Source: the human T2T-CHM13v2.0 reference genome, Homo sapiens
Strand: one strand, 5' to 3'
DNA length: 64,000 nt
Assembly (NCBI RefSeq): GCF_009914755.1
Contig: NC_060943.1
The notes beneath the pieces are model-generated. The model was given only the letters and a program-made list of their open reading frames with translations. It had not been told where the DNA came from and did no database searches. Below, one piece after another: positions 47,959 through 63,580 of this stretch. Every line of letters begins with the position of its first letter. Within the stretch, counting starts at the first letter, position 1. The position numbers were made by a program, and so were the translations under genes.

Positions 47959-48550
47959 CTTTGCTAATTTCTTACTTGGTTATTTTTTTCTAATATTGAG
48001 TTGTAAGAGTTCTCCATAAATTTTGAATATTAATCCTTTGTCAGATATGTGGTTTGCAAATATTGTTTCCCAGTCCATAGGTTGACTTTTTGTTATGTCG
48101 ATTGTTTCCTTTGCTGTGCAGAAGCTTTTTAGTTTGATGTAGTCCCGTTTATTTATTTTTGCTTTTGTAGCCTGAGCTTTTGGTGTGATGTCTAAAAAAT
48201 CATTGCCAAAGCCAATGTTGAGGAGCTTTCCGCCATGTTCTTTTCTGGGAGTTTTATGGTTTCAAATCTTACATTTAGGTCTTTTATCCTCTTTGAGTTT
48301 ATTTTTGTGTACGGTATAAGATTTCATTCTTTGAAAGGCTCAGTTTCATTCTTATTTCCCACTTATGTTTGGATTTATTTCTGGGCTATTTTATTCTGTT
48401 TTTATGTCAGCACCATACTGTTCTGATTACTATAGCTTTGTAATATAATTTTAAATCAGGAAGTGTGATGCCTCCAACTTTTTATTTCGCAGTGTTGCTT
48501 TGGCTAGTTGGGGTTTTTTTGTGGCTATATATAAATTTTAAGATTGCTTA
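47959..48550 (-). mobile_element. L1MA-like ORF2 fragment
   Basis: TTGAGTTGTAAGAGTTCT...GATTGTTTCCTTTGCTGTGCAGAAGCTTTTTAGTTTGATGTAGTCCC. Confidence 0.88.
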
Positions 48551-49128
48551 AAGAGCATGTTTACAGTGACTTATCACACTTGGAATTGTGAATACTTGGG
48601 AATACTTAACAAGTCTCCTATAGTATATGCCTCCCTTTTTATTATTGCCCAAACTAGCATCATTTAAGTTTTTAAAAGCTAATATGTCTTTCCCAAAGAG
48701 CACTTGTTCCAAAATAAAATAAAGTGAAAGACCCTGAAATATAGCTACATTTTCTAAGGATAATATTTTGGGCATATCTTGCTTTATCTTTGGTTACATC
48801 TTTTATCCAAAATAAATGAAGTTAACCACTCACAAATAGCTAGCTCAGTAGTGTTTGACCTTCCTGCGTGAGCTGTAACTAGTTCTCTCACATCCCCAGC
48901 TTGACCTCATTCATTCATTCATTCGACATTGATATATTTCCTGTCAGCTACCCTGAAAGCCAGTAGTAAAGATGGCCTTTGGAATGTGTTGGAATCTCAG
49001 CCATCCCCTTCTACCTCTATGACCATGGCCAAAGCACTTACCTTCCTGTGCCTCAGTTTCTCCATCTGTAAAACAGAAGAGATAATGCTGCCTACATCAT
49101 AATATGGTTGTGGGCATTCAAGGATTTA

Positions 49129-49498
<370 letters not shown>

Positions 49499-49569
49499 GC
49501 AGATCCACAGTCCCAGGTGGAATGTGATCCAAGCTGATGTCTTGTTATCACTGCAGAAATATCGATGTG

Positions 49570-49686
49570 ATAGTCTACCACTGTTCGCTCAGAACCTTCT
49601 AGGGTTGCCTTTCTAAAATCTGAATTATTCAGAATTCCGAAACACATCAGGCCCAAGAGGTTTAGGAAGGGATCATGCCACCGTAT
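49570..49686. mobile_element. TcMar-Tigger MITE fragment (MER46C-like)
   Basis: CTAAAATCTGAA...GAATTCCGAAACACATC..GCCC...AAGGGAT...CCGTA. Confidence 0.5.
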
Positions 49687-49829
49687 ATATGAAGAAAGCA
49701 CTTAGCCTAGTACCTGGCACATAGTAAATGCTGTGTCAATGTTAACCATTTACTGTTGCTACTATTACTAGTTAAAGTGCTTACCTCACCATCCGTAATC
49801 ATCATCATGGAAAAGCGAGTGATAATCAC

Positions 49830-50680
49830 AGTGAGATACCGTGACACACCTGCTTCAGTGGCTACGATAAAAAGAGGGCACGGAGGAGCTGAGGTCAGAG
49901 AGTTCCACAGGAGGTCTGCTGGGGACTGGGGCCTTTTCCTTACATGGATAGGGGGAGGGTTCTGAGCAGAGGAAGGACATGATCTGACCCATAGATTAAT
50001 AGAGTCCCTCTGGCTGTGTGTGGCAGCAGGAGCCAGAGCCAGGAAATTGGGGCAGAAGCTCCTGCTGTGGTCCATGGTCCTGCCTGTGGGGGTGTGAAGG
50101 AGGGGTGAGCCCATTTATATCTTGAAGGTGGAGCTGACAGTGAGTACTGATGGCCTGGATGTAGGGGTGAGAGAAAGAGAGGGGGCTAGGATGACCCTGA
50201 GGTTTGGGCCTGGACACCAGCTGAGGGGTGAAGATACTGCATTGAGGGACCCCAGGGTCGGGGTTTGCAGGGAGTGGCAGAAGGCCTTGTGAAGAATCAG
50301 AGACGTGGCTGAGTTTGTTCGGTGCTGGGTGCCCGTCAGACAGCTGCGTGAGATGGCAAGGAGACAGTTGGATACGCATACCTGAAGTTGAGAGAGGTCC
50401 AGGTGGGAGAAGGAAAAGTAGGGGTCCCCAGCACAGAGGTGTTGAAATCACCAGGAGAGCCGTGTGGATGGGGAAGAGCGAAGCTGTGCGGAGAGACGGC
50501 GAGGAATCAGCGAAGGAGGCTGGGGAGGGAGTGCCAGTGAGGAGGGAGGAGACCTGGAGAGTATGGACCCCTGCAGTGAGGCAGGAGGTTGATGAGGGCC
50601 CGAGGTGATTGCTAGATGGGAGGCACAAAAGGCTGAAGGGAGCAGGTTCAAGAGAGACGGGGCTTTGTTGAGGCCTGTGA
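49830..50680 (-). mobile_element. L2 fragment including an RT remnant
   Basis: Antisense L2 motifs; minus-strand translation contains WGPLLFLL, similar to the CR1/L2 RT motif LGPLLF. Confidence 0.7.
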
Positions 50681-51145
50681 AGGTGTGACTACACGTGTTG
50701 TTTGTTGCTTTCTCTCTGTTCAGGCCACACCTGGCACACAATAGCTGCACAATAAAAATGTGTTAAATTAATGTCTTCATGGATTGGGGAGAGGTTAGAA
50801 CGCAGAGGAGCCCTTGGAATTGGGGGTCGTCACTGTGGAGTATGGCAGAAGTGTGTTCTATGGACCTGGGCTCCTGTCCCCAGATGATGATGGGGAAGGA
50901 GAATCAGAAACATAACCCAGACATCTGGGCGCCCCCCAGACCATTTACTTAGTGCCTGGTGCCACCAACAGGACTGACGTGGCATCCCCATCTAGAGAAT
51001 GAGTCTAATAATAATACTGACTCATGGAGCTGTTGTCAGGAATCAATGAGATAATGCTGTAAAACATCATCAGTGTTTGATAGGCTTGAGCTGTTGTTAC
51101 AAGTTAAATCCTATCATTACCATTATTCTGGCTTCATGGCCCTCA

Positions 51146-51474
<329 letters not shown>

Positions 51475-51493
51475 GATACCAAATAATCACTCA

Positions 51494-51724
<231 letters not shown>

Positions 51725-52059
51725 TTATTCCAGGCTGGGGTGGGCGTGGGAGTGTCAGAGGAGGCTTTTCTGAAGAAGCAACCTGTGAAGCTCGACTGGG
51801 AGGATGAACAGGAACTAGCCTGGGGTGGGCTGGAGGCTGGGGCATTTTGGCTGGGAGAATAGTCTGTGTGCAGGTCCAAGGTGTCGCAGGTGGGGAGGAA
51901 CTGGGTGTGTTGGAGGAGCAGAGTGCGGGAAGGAAAACTTGGGTCAGCTGGTCTGGTGAGCCACGGTACGAGATTTGGACTTTCTTCCCACAGCCCCTGG
52001 GAGCCACAGAAGGGTTTTCAGGGGAGAAGTGATACAACTTCATTTAATTCTTTCTAAAC

Positions 52060-54100
52060 TTCTGTGTGCACTTTCAAGCCTTGATGTCCTGACACTCTTC
52101 CTCCCCCAGGACAGTTTGTACCGCTCCAGGGTCACGTCAGAGACTCCAGAGCCGCCTCCACCACTGTGATTCCTTGAAGCTTTTTGCCGTCATCTGGCCA
52201 CTCAGTCGGCGGGGTTGAGAGGAGCTTTCTATAGACGAGAAGGTGCCCTGGTTCTCGACTCATCAGCCTCTAGGAAAGAAGCAGCTTGCTGGTCCATCCC
52301 AGGCTGCTGGGAGGCCCGAGAAACAGGTCACAGCAGCCCCGCCTCCTCCATAGACCTCCAGGCCTCTCAAAAGGGACCCCCACCTGCTGCCCGCAAAGAT
52401 GGCCTCATTTCCTCTCAGGCCCAGCGCTGCCAGCAGCCTGTCCCCCCTCCTCATTTCCCTATTTCTTTTGAGTGGCCAGATGACAGCACAAAGCTTCAAG
52501 GTCGGGGGCCGTGGGGTGGTGGTGGAGTCTTTGACCTCATGCCGATCAACGTGCTTCTCTCGGTTCCCTGTTCTGGGCCCTGCCCTGGAAAGAGGCAGGG
52601 TGGCCGGGGAGGGGAGTTTCCAGATTACCTGTGTCTCCTGGGCATGGCACAGGAAATGACTCCTTCATGGGCTGAGAGTTTTGGGAGGCCCTGTGCCACA
52701 ACCCCCCAGCAAGAGCCCACATGAATCCGCCATCTCGCCCGCAGCCTGGGGATGCTGCTGGATTTTCCGGGTGTGGAGGGGCCCAGGTCCCCCGAGCAGC
52801 TCCTCTGACCCCGCAACCCGGCATCTCCTGTGCCCGAGTGGCGTCTGTCAGTTGCTCAGTAAGTGGAGGGCTTTGCTGTCCCTTCTGCTGTACCCACAGC
52901 TGCCCGCTCAGAGCAAGGTGGCTCTGATCCTGCAGGAGGGGGCTCTCTTTGAGAGCACTTGGGTGTATCGTGTCTCAGAAAACCCACATGGCTTGTAGCT
53001 GTGGCTGCCTAACAGCACCACCTGGGTGGTTGAGTGGCTCTTCCAGAGACCCTTAAGTGGATGGGCTCCCCAGCCAGGCGTGGTCCCCACTGCTAAGTAT
53101 GTTATAGGTGTTGACCCACTTAGTCCTCCCAAAAACCCTGTGAGGCAGGCACTATCCAGTTTTACACATGAGGAAACTGAGGCACGGATAAGTTGGGTTG
53201 TTTGCGTGAGCCACACAGGTAGGAAGTGGCAGAACCAGGATTTGAACCCAGACCATCTGGCTTCATAATCACTCTGCTATACTTCCTGCCAGCCTGTTCT
53301 CCCCCGCCGACACACACGCACGCACACACGCACGCACTCACACACACTCCTACACATTCCTCTCTCTGTCATATCACCTGGTTTATTTTCTTCATGGCAC
53401 ATATCACAGTGGATTTGTGGGCTTGTGTATTGCCTGTCTACACCCTATAGTATAGCCTGTGAGCTCCTGTTTGACCATAGGAATTCTGTGTCTTGTGCAT
53501 TGCCATATCCCCAGCATCTAGAACAGGACCTGGCCCGAAAGAGCTGCTCAGTAAATATTTGTTGAATGAATGAACCGACATGGCCAGTGACACAATGTCT
53601 CACTGGGTAGGTTTGTGTTATTTTTTCCTCCTTCGACCTCGATCCCTCCTGCCACTCACTTTATAGTAGAGGCAGTCACAGGCGATCTGTGGGTAGAGCG
53701 ATGATTGAACCCGGGCCGGGCTGACCCCAGAGCGCACGCTCCTTTGCCCGCCCCTGCCACACTGGTATCTTTCCCTTGATGCTGACGGAGGGATGTGACA
53801 CCGCAGCCAGCCAGGTCTCCTCATGGAGGGCCTCGGACCACGTGTCATTTTAGAGACCCCAGCGGCAGTCCAGATCCTGAAGTCCGACCTTTGATTCAGG
53901 AACAGAGCAGCTGCAGGAGTGCCAGGCTGGGCTTTCTGGTCCTGTCTCTCATCCTCAGCTCCAGTCAGCTGGGGATTAACCCCCTGCCGTCATCAGGAGA
54001 AATACAACATGGGAAACCGGCGGTAACTCCACTGTGGTAAAGGATGTGAGGGAAACAGTGACCCACTGCAGAGGGTTTCCTGAGCTCTCGTGCACAGAGA
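52060..54100. promoter_or_regulatory. GC-rich, CpG-retaining, Alu-free island; candidate enhancer or alternative promoter
   Basis: By eye, more CpGs than the flanks; GC box CCCGCCCC near 53746; E-box CACGTG near 53839. Confidence 0.3.
53080..53580. mobile_element. Antisense MIR (53080-53280), (CA)-rich run, sense L2 3' end (53360-53580)
   Basis: ATGAGGAAACTGAGGCAC...GGATTTGAACCCAG; CTCAGTAAATATTTGTTGAATGAATGAA. Confidence 0.75.
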
Positions 54101-54267
54101 ATCGTGCGTGTGCCTCTGGGTGGGCAGGGGACATGCAGCCTGGGTGAACATTTCCCATACACTAGGATGAATTGGCCCTTCCTGTTCATGCCTCTAATGC
54201 CCCATTTCCCTCCTACAGAGATTTTCTCTTGTTTAACAATTAGAAGATAGCAGGCTGCTTTGTGGTT

Positions 54268-54700
54268 CTCAGTCAGGATGCTTTTTAGTTGCAAGTAACA
54301 ACCCTGGCACCATCTGGCCAATGGTTAAGACATGTGATGTGTTCTAGAAGCCCAGGGGTGGATGGGCACCAGGTGGATAGGATCAGCAGCTCAAGCATGT
54401 CTGTCAGGGACTCAGGTTCTCAGCCTCCAAAGGCCTCTGTATGCCTCTTGGTTCCAGAATGGCTTCCAGTGATAATCAGGGCCACTTGCCCTTGTCCACA
54501 GGCATCAGGAGAGAGAGAACACACCCCACTGATGGTTATAAGTGGTTCCCCTCAGTCTACAGCTGGTCCAGCTGAGGTCACGTGCCCCTCAACCAGGCCG
54601 GTCAAGTTACTAGAGGAATGCCACATCCTGATCACTCTTGACCAACTGGGTTCTGTTGTCTAGTAGCTGAAAAAAGCAGAAGTGGAAACTGAGTAGACAA
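54268..54700 (-). mobile_element. Ancient LTR (LTR33/MLT1-like)
   Basis: CAGTCAGGATGCTTTTTAGTTGCAAGTAACA. Confidence 0.55.
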
Positions 54701-54892
54701 CCATTAATGCCTGCCAAGCTCAGTCCCTGACCAAGTCCCCTCCCTAAGTTAGCAAATCGTGTCAGGCCCAACAGATTTTGTGGCATTTGAGAACAAAGAA
54801 GTGTGGTTTTCTTTTGAAGAAGTTTAGTGACTTGCGTCCAATTTCTGCCTCCTGCATCATCCACCCTCAGTTAACACCCAAAAAAGGGGGCA

Positions 54893-55263
<371 letters not shown>

Positions 55264-55731
55264 TCACTGGGAAGGTTTTTGTTTCTCTTTCCATCTTCAT
55301 CCTCTATAGGTCCTTTCATTCCTTCCCCCAGTCTGAAATATTTCCGGTGTGTCTGTAGCTGTGCACACATCCTTGCAAAATATATATTGAGGTTTGAGTA
55401 AAGAGTCAGCTTCCGGGGTTTGGAGCTCTGTGTCTCATTCTTTCGGTTTCTTCTGGTTTTCACCAAATAGCATGTGTTCGCCATCTAGCCACGTTGCTGG
55501 ATGTGTGTCCAGTGTATGGCGTCTGGCAGCTGAACAGTTGTACATGCTGTACATCTGCCACGGCTCACGTGTCTGGTCCCCTGGTGTTGGGCATCCAGGT
55601 TGCCCCTAGCTCCACCCCACTTCAAACCATGCTTCAAGTGAGCATCCGCCTACCTTTGCCTTAGGAACCCATGGGGCTTACCCCCAGGAGTCAGTTGCAG
55701 CCGGAGATAGGCATTCTCTCTCCCCAGGGGT

Positions 55732-55830
55732 GGGATTAAGGCACCTGCCACAACACCCAGCTAATTTTTGTACTTTTGGTAGAACTGGGGTTTTGCTCCA
55801 TTGGCCAGGCTGATCTTGAACTCCTGAGCT
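55732..55830 (-). mobile_element. Central Alu fragment lacking both ends
   Basis: CCCAGCTAATTTTTGTAC...GGCCAGGCTGATCTTGAACTCCTGAGCTC. Confidence 0.75.
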
Positions 55831-56257
55831 CTCTATGAGGCTGCTCTGACCCGCGCTCCCCCGAGAGCACAGGAGGGTCCCGCTTCCCCATACCTCTCGC
55901 CACTTTGCTGTTGTCCTGCTTCCCAGTTTCACCAATCCGAAGGGTGTCAAGTGGGGTCTCCGGGGTTTTAATGCTCTGATGGTGAGTCTGGCTGAGTGCC
56001 TCTTCATGCCCCTGTTAACCTAATTCAGGCTCCCCTTTCCAAGAGAGGCCCAGTCAGCACAGGCATTGGAAGGCAAATTCTGGAGCCGGTGACCTGCGTT
56101 TGAATCCTGACCCTGCCATGTAACCCAGCAAGTTAGTTCACCTCTCTGAGCCTCAGAGCTGCCATAAATATAAAATGGAAATAATAGTAATATCTATATT
56201 GTAAGGTATTTTGAGGATTAAATGAGATAATATATGTAAAGCATTTAAGACAGTGCT

Positions 56258-56542
56258 GGCTGGGCATGGTGGCTCACGCCTGTAATCCCAACACTTTGGG
56301 AGGCCGAGGCAGGTGGATCACTTGACGTCGTGAGTTCGAGACCAGCCTGGCCAACATGATGAAACCCCGTCTCCACTAAAAATGCAAAAATTAGCCCGAC
56401 GTGGTGGCGCATGCCTGTAATCCCAGCTACTCAGGAGGCTGAGGCAGGAGAATCCCTTGAACCCAGGAGGCAAAGCACCACTGCACTCCAGCCTGGCCAA
56501 CAGAGTGAGACTGTCTCAACAATAACAACAACAACAACAAAA
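56258..56542 (+). mobile_element. Alu (AluS-like) with (AAC)n tail, inside a MIR (about 56060-56600)
   Basis: Dimer with right-arm deletion. Confidence 0.9.
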
Positions 56543-56818
56543 CAGCGCCTAACACATATGTGATCTGAAAGCATTAGCAATTATTATCACTATCACCGTC
56601 ATTATTATTGTTTTAAAGTTTCTAAACTTTTAAATGTTGTATCCTTTCACTTTCAATGCACGTCAGAATGGCTCTGCCTGTGGAGGAATTTCTGGCTTCT
56701 CCTGGGTCGTCCAAGAGACAATATAGTCAAAGTTGTCCGAAGAGCAGGCTTGGAGCTACTCCTTTCTTTCACATTTGAGTCGAGTGCTGTATATTCATTT
56801 CCACGTGTGTAGTTTTTA

Positions 56819-57151
<333 letters not shown>

Positions 57152-57650
57152 TTAGAGCAGTGCCTGGCACATGGTAAATGCTATAGTCATGTTTGTGGAT
57201 ATCACTACATTTACCAGAGTTTTCTCCTCTGGGTAGCACATAGGTTTTAATGTGACGTGATAAATACTTTTTCTTCACAGCTAGCATTTGTCTCTGATGA
57301 CTATCTCTAGACATGTTCTCACGTTAGCATGTTAAATGTACCCTCTTTCTTTTTAATGACTGCCTGTATCATATGGACATATCAAAATGTATTTACTGAT
57401 TCTTTAATGAGAGACTCTTGGGTTTCTTCTTTTCGTCTTTCTCAAGTAGTGCTGCAGTGGGGAGCCTCGTCCAAGAAGCTCTGGGTTCTTGAGCCAGTGT
57501 TTTTACTGGAGCCAGAATTGCTGGGTCCAGGGATATGCATGGTTTTGATGTAATGAACTGACAAGTTGCCCTCAAAGACGGTTCTGCCACTAGAACCTGG
57601 TGTATCCCCACCAACAGAATACAGACCTGTTGGTTTTGATTTGTTTCTTA

Positions 57651-57970
<320 letters not shown>

Positions 57971-58292
57971 TAGTAATGGGGAATTTCAGGCATTTACAGG
58001 GGTAGAAATAGCATATATTGCCTGCATGTACACAGTTGTCACCAGATTCTTTGGTGACCAACACATGGCCAGTCTTGTTTCATCCATTCCTCTGCCTTTG
58101 GATCATTTTGAAACAAATCTCGAACATTGTATCATTTCATTTGGGGAGCTTTAAACTGCATGCCCACAGCGTGCCTGTACATCGTGGAAGAGAGGAGGAC
58201 ATTTCTATAAAATCATCCTGTGGTGCTTTTCATTTTCCATGGTGTGTCTTCTCCCTTGATTCTCAGATGCCCCTAAGACATAGACAAGGCAG

Positions 58293-58670
58293 GTGTATCT
58301 GTTGGGAAAACAGAATCTACTCTAGGTATTTTAGCGGAAGGAATTCAATACAGGGAATTTGGTTAAAAAAGTTGGGGAGGAGCAGAGAAACCAAAAAGGG
58401 GCAGAGGCCAGTCCCTAGATGAGCAACCAGAGCTGAAGGGCGCAAGGAGTAGGGCACCTTAGCAGAGCCCAGGGCAGTGTTGGGCGGAGGCCTCCTCCGC
58501 CCGAGATGCTGTCCACATTGGAGGGAGGACCACCTGGCTTCTCACCACCTCTACCTTCCAGGCTTCTGCCACTGCCCCTGTTGGCTGAGCCTCACCAGCA
58601 GTCCTGGGAAATGTAGTTCCCTGTGTTTCAGAGCAGGCTAGGAAAAGGGCAGGCAATGGATCAAAGAGGG
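58293..58670 (-). mobile_element. Ancient MaLR LTR (MLT1-like)
   Basis: GAAAACAGAATCTACTCTAGGTATTTTAG...ATACAGGGAATT...CTGGGAAATGTAGTT. Confidence 0.55.
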
Positions 58671-59615
58671 AACTCGATCCCCATTTGATAGATGAGAAAG
58701 CCAGAGGGTCTAATGGCCTGTCAGGGGCACCTCATTTAGTGACAGGCACCATCCCTGGCACTGAGGTAAGTCCCTTGGTTGCCAGGGTAACCTGAGGCAG
58801 CTCTTTGGGCATTGCATGCCACCAGCCAGTCACTGCTGCCTGGGATGGGCCTACATGGTTCCGAGTTCCTCCTCTGCCGGAGGAGCCCCCTCCAAGCTTC
58901 CCCCTCCCACACTCAGAGCGGACACTGCCTTTTGTTCCTGCCCATCGCACTGGGCTGTGCCCTGACCCTAAGGAAAGCCCTCCTGAGGACACCGTGCCGG
59001 AGAGTTCTGGGTGCTGGAGTATTCTCAGGGAGCCCCCTGCATGAGGTACTAGCATCCTGGGCCACACTAGAGGCCAGAGGAATGTTGTGCCACTGAGCAG
59101 CCCAAGCTGGCATTGAGCGGGCAGCTCTGTACTCAGCTGGCATCAGGCAAGTGTGGGTGGGAGCTGTGCTTTGTGCCCTCCTGGAGCTGGTGGCTTCACG
59201 GAGGTGAGGGGAGCCCAGGGGAGATGGAAGGTGCCCAGATACACAAACAGGGAAGCTCAACACCAATGTGAGAGTTTAAAGGAGACAGAGAAGCCCAGTT
59301 ACACAAGAAAGCCTCGGTCAGAAGCGCCGTGATTGCTAAGGTGACCTGGGCCCTTCTTGTAAAGCAGACCTGTTTCAAGTACTTTACACTTATTCACTTA
59401 GTTAATTCTCATAATAATCCTGTGAGGTAGGTATGGACTGTTAACCCCAGAGAGTTAAGTACCTTGGCCAAGGCCACACATCTAGGGAGTGGCACACCAG
59501 GAATCCATATAATAGTGGTAGTAATAGCCATGGACACTTCCTGGTGGTCACCTATGCCAGGCTGCCCTCAGAGCTCTACATATTAACTCATTTAATCTTC
59601 ACAGTCACCCTATGA

Positions 59616-60026
<411 letters not shown>

Positions 60027-60135
60027 TACAAATGAGGCAACTGAGGCACAAAGATATTTAAGGGACCTGTCCAAGGTCACACGGCAGAGCTGAGTTCAAA
60101 CCCAGGCAGCCTGAGTTCAGAATTTGTGCCCTTAA

Positions 60136-60284
60136 CGGTGGCTCATGCCTGTAATCCCAGCACTTTGGGAGGCCGAGGTGGGCGGATCACCTGAGGTTGG
60201 GAGTTCAAGACCAGCCTGACCAACATGGAGAAACCCCTTCTCTACTAAAAATACAAAACTAGCCAGGCGTAGTGGCACATGCCA
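60136..60284 (+). mobile_element. 3'-truncated Alu (AluSp-like)
   Basis: GACCAACATGGAGAAACCCC; stops just into the right arm with no tail. Confidence 0.85.
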
Positions 60285-60342
60285 CAGGGAGGCCACTCCC
60301 ATGCACAGCAGTTAGGAATTGGTTGGAAGTCCTTGGAGGTGA

Positions 60343-60670
<328 letters not shown>

Positions 60671-61225
60671 GAAATTGTCTTTGAATCCAAGTTTAGGGGA
60701 AAAAAAATCATCTGGAGTTGGTACACTCTCTTGGTCACAAGGAGAGGCCTTTGGAAGAGGAGCTCCACAGCTTCAGTGATGGTGATAAGAGAACCTTTTG
60801 TTTGGCACTAACTGGACAGCATGCCCTCCCACACAGCCTCCGTGAAGCCACTGTTGTCGTCCCCACTTTCCAGGGGCATCACACGACCTTCCTGGCCTGT
60901 GGTCGCTGCTCAGGCCATGGGGATGGCTGCGCTTCTGCCATGAGTCCTTGGTGATAGCAGGTGAACGGTGAAGAGTCCATGTTCCGGGGAGCCCCTGCTG
61001 CTGGTGGAGGAATGGACAAGTAAACGACTGAATAGAGAAGCACGTTGGAACCAAGACTTCTCCAAAGCCAGTGCTTGTAACTGATTCGGGGTGCTGCTGT
61101 GGCGTGGTTAGGCATAGAGGCTCACATTCTAGCCTTGTCGCTTCCTAACTCTGTGACTTTGGTCTGGTGACCTCCCCTGCTGGCCTTCCGTTTCCTTAGC
61201 TGTAAAATGATCTGGTAAGACCTCC

Positions 61226-61700
61226 ATCAGTCAAGATTGCAATCGGCTACATGTAACAAAAAACCAGTAAGCCGTGGCTTCAGTAAGGCAACAGGTGGTC
61301 TCTTACACATGAGAAGAAAAGGGAGGGAGGGCAGCTGGGGGCGGCGCCACTGTTGGGGGGTGCAGGGACAGGGAGCAGGCTCCTTCTGACTCCTCATCTT
61401 GCTGTCCCCAGCATGTCACTCTCAGCCTCATGCTCCCAAGATGACGGTTGCACCCCCTGATATGACATTTATATTCCAAGTACAAGAGAAGGGTAGAAGA
61501 GGTGTGCCCCATTTATTTATTAGGAAAACAATAGCTTCGCCAAAAGGTCCCATCCCCCATCCCCTGCAAACTTCCTCTTACCTGACACTGGCCATAATCA
61601 GATACATCCTTAGTTTAGCTGCGTGGGAATCCAGGAAAGTAAGCTTTTTGGATTAGTATCCTGCCACCCCAACAAATGTGGACCTCTCTCAAGGAATCAG
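61226..61700 (-). mobile_element. Ancient MaLR LTR (MLT1-like)
   Basis: TCAGTCAAGATTGCAATCGGCTACATGTAACAAAAAACC...AGCTGCGTGGGAATCCAGGAAAGTAAG. Confidence 0.6.
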
Positions 61701-62846
61701 AAGAGGATGGGTTTGGATTTGACAACCAGCAGTGGAGCCTGAGGTGCCTGGCCCTGGAGTAACCCAGAGCAGGAGTGCGGGATTCTCCCACTGCGGGCCT
61801 GACTTCTGGTTTGTGATGTCCAGGAATGCCACTGCTTTGTGCCCTGTTTCTTCATCTGCATGTTGAGAGTGATGCCCCCTGCTGAGGAACACTTGGGAGA
61901 AGCTTTAAAACCTGGCTGGGAAGGACTTTGAAATACATCCCACCCCATAGGAGAGCTGAGGCTGGCTTTTGTTTGGAAAATTGTCGGGTTTTCTTCAAGT
62001 GGAGCCCAGCCGAACTAGCCGATTGACTGCCAGAGCCCAAACATACTGCCCTGAGACGGCTCATTTATTCACCTCTCTCCCTCCCGCTCGAGTCTGAACA
62101 GTGTGGGGGCTGAGAGTGGGAGTGATGGCTGCGGCTCTGCGGCCAGCATCTGGCACAGCGCCCAGCACCCACCAGGTACCCGGCTGAGGATTGACTGCCT
62201 TGCTTCTGAGCACCTCTTGATCTGAGGAGCAGTCAGATCTTCCCCAGTCGGTCCCTTCTCTGCACCAGCACCACCCTCCTTCTGGGCTAGGCCACTCTTG
62301 CCCCAACGTGGGTGGCTACCCTGGCCTCCTGATGAAGCCTCTGTACCCTCGGCAGGTCACGATCTCCATGACAGCCAGTCGGGCCACTGCCCCCCTAAAC
62401 CTGCCATGGAGGTCAACTCCAGATTCCTGAACACTGTGGCATCCTTGCACCTGTTTTTCCTCCATCCCCCTCACCCACTCACACCCCTTTCCATGGCCAA
62501 CTTCTCATCCTTCAGGGCTTAAACACCACCCCTTCCATGCCATCTTCCTTGGCCACCCACTCTCCAGCACCCTGCTCCCATCCTTCGTCAGTTTACCCCT
62601 TCCTTCTCTTGCTTTAGACTGATTTGTGTGCTTAAGTGCATTTAATTAATGTTTGTTTCCTCCTTTAGTCAGTGGACAGAGAAGGGGGCTATCGTGGTTA
62701 CTGCTTTGTTACTTATCACATAGTAAGATCTCAGGAAATACTCACCTAGTGAATGGAAGTAAATCAAATGAATGAAAACTTGTTTGGTTTTTTTTCCCCC
62801 TGATTTTGAAACATTCACTGAAAGTAATATGAAAAAATATGGAAAG

Positions 62847-63045
62847 GGGCCAGGCGTGGTGGCCCACACCTGTAATTCCAACACTTTGGGAGGCGGGTGG
62901 ATCACTTGAGGTCAGGAGTTGGAGACCGCCCGGAGCAACATAGCCAGACCTCCTCTCTACAAAAAATTTAAAAAATTAGTCAGGCATGGTGGTACACACC
63001 TGTATTCTCAGCTACTGACAGAATGAGACCCTGTCGTTAAAAAAT
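62847..63045 (+). mobile_element. Alu (AluJ-like) with most of the right arm deleted
   Basis: CAGCTACTGACAGAATGAGACCC junction. Confidence 0.85.
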
Positions 63046-63053
63046 ATATATGG

Positions 63054-63341
<288 letters not shown>

Positions 63342-63343
<2 letters not shown>

Positions 63344-63440
63344 ATATATATATATATGTATATATATGTGTATATATGTGTATACATATATACACACACA
63401 CACACGCGTATATATATACGTATATATATGTATATATATG
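63342..63440. repeat. Compound (TA)/(TG)/(CA) microsatellite
   Basis: 99 nt of strictly alternating purine-pyrimidine. Confidence 0.92.
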
Positions 63441-63580
63441 GGAAGGTATAAAGAACAGATTTTCGAAAACCACTAGTAGCCCCAGCATCAAATTATCGAG
63501 TCTTTCCTGTCTTTTTTTCTGGGAATGCATCTGCATAGCCTATAGATGTTTACTGTCCTAGGGGTTGATAATTTCTTTAA

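Noticed and set aside
49996-50628. Longest ORF in the track (210 aa, minus strand)
   Set aside because: It lies within a decayed L2; only a short RT-like motif survives and it starts at a non-ATG codon.
52215-52724. 169-aa ORF in the GC-rich island
   Set aside because: Non-ATG start, no recognisable domain, and overlapping ORFs in most frames as expected for GC-rich DNA.
56667-56778. Short ATG-initiated frame (MALPVEEFLASPGSS...) as a processed pseudogene piece
   Set aside because: Only 36 codons, no protein I recognise, and no poly(A) or TSD.
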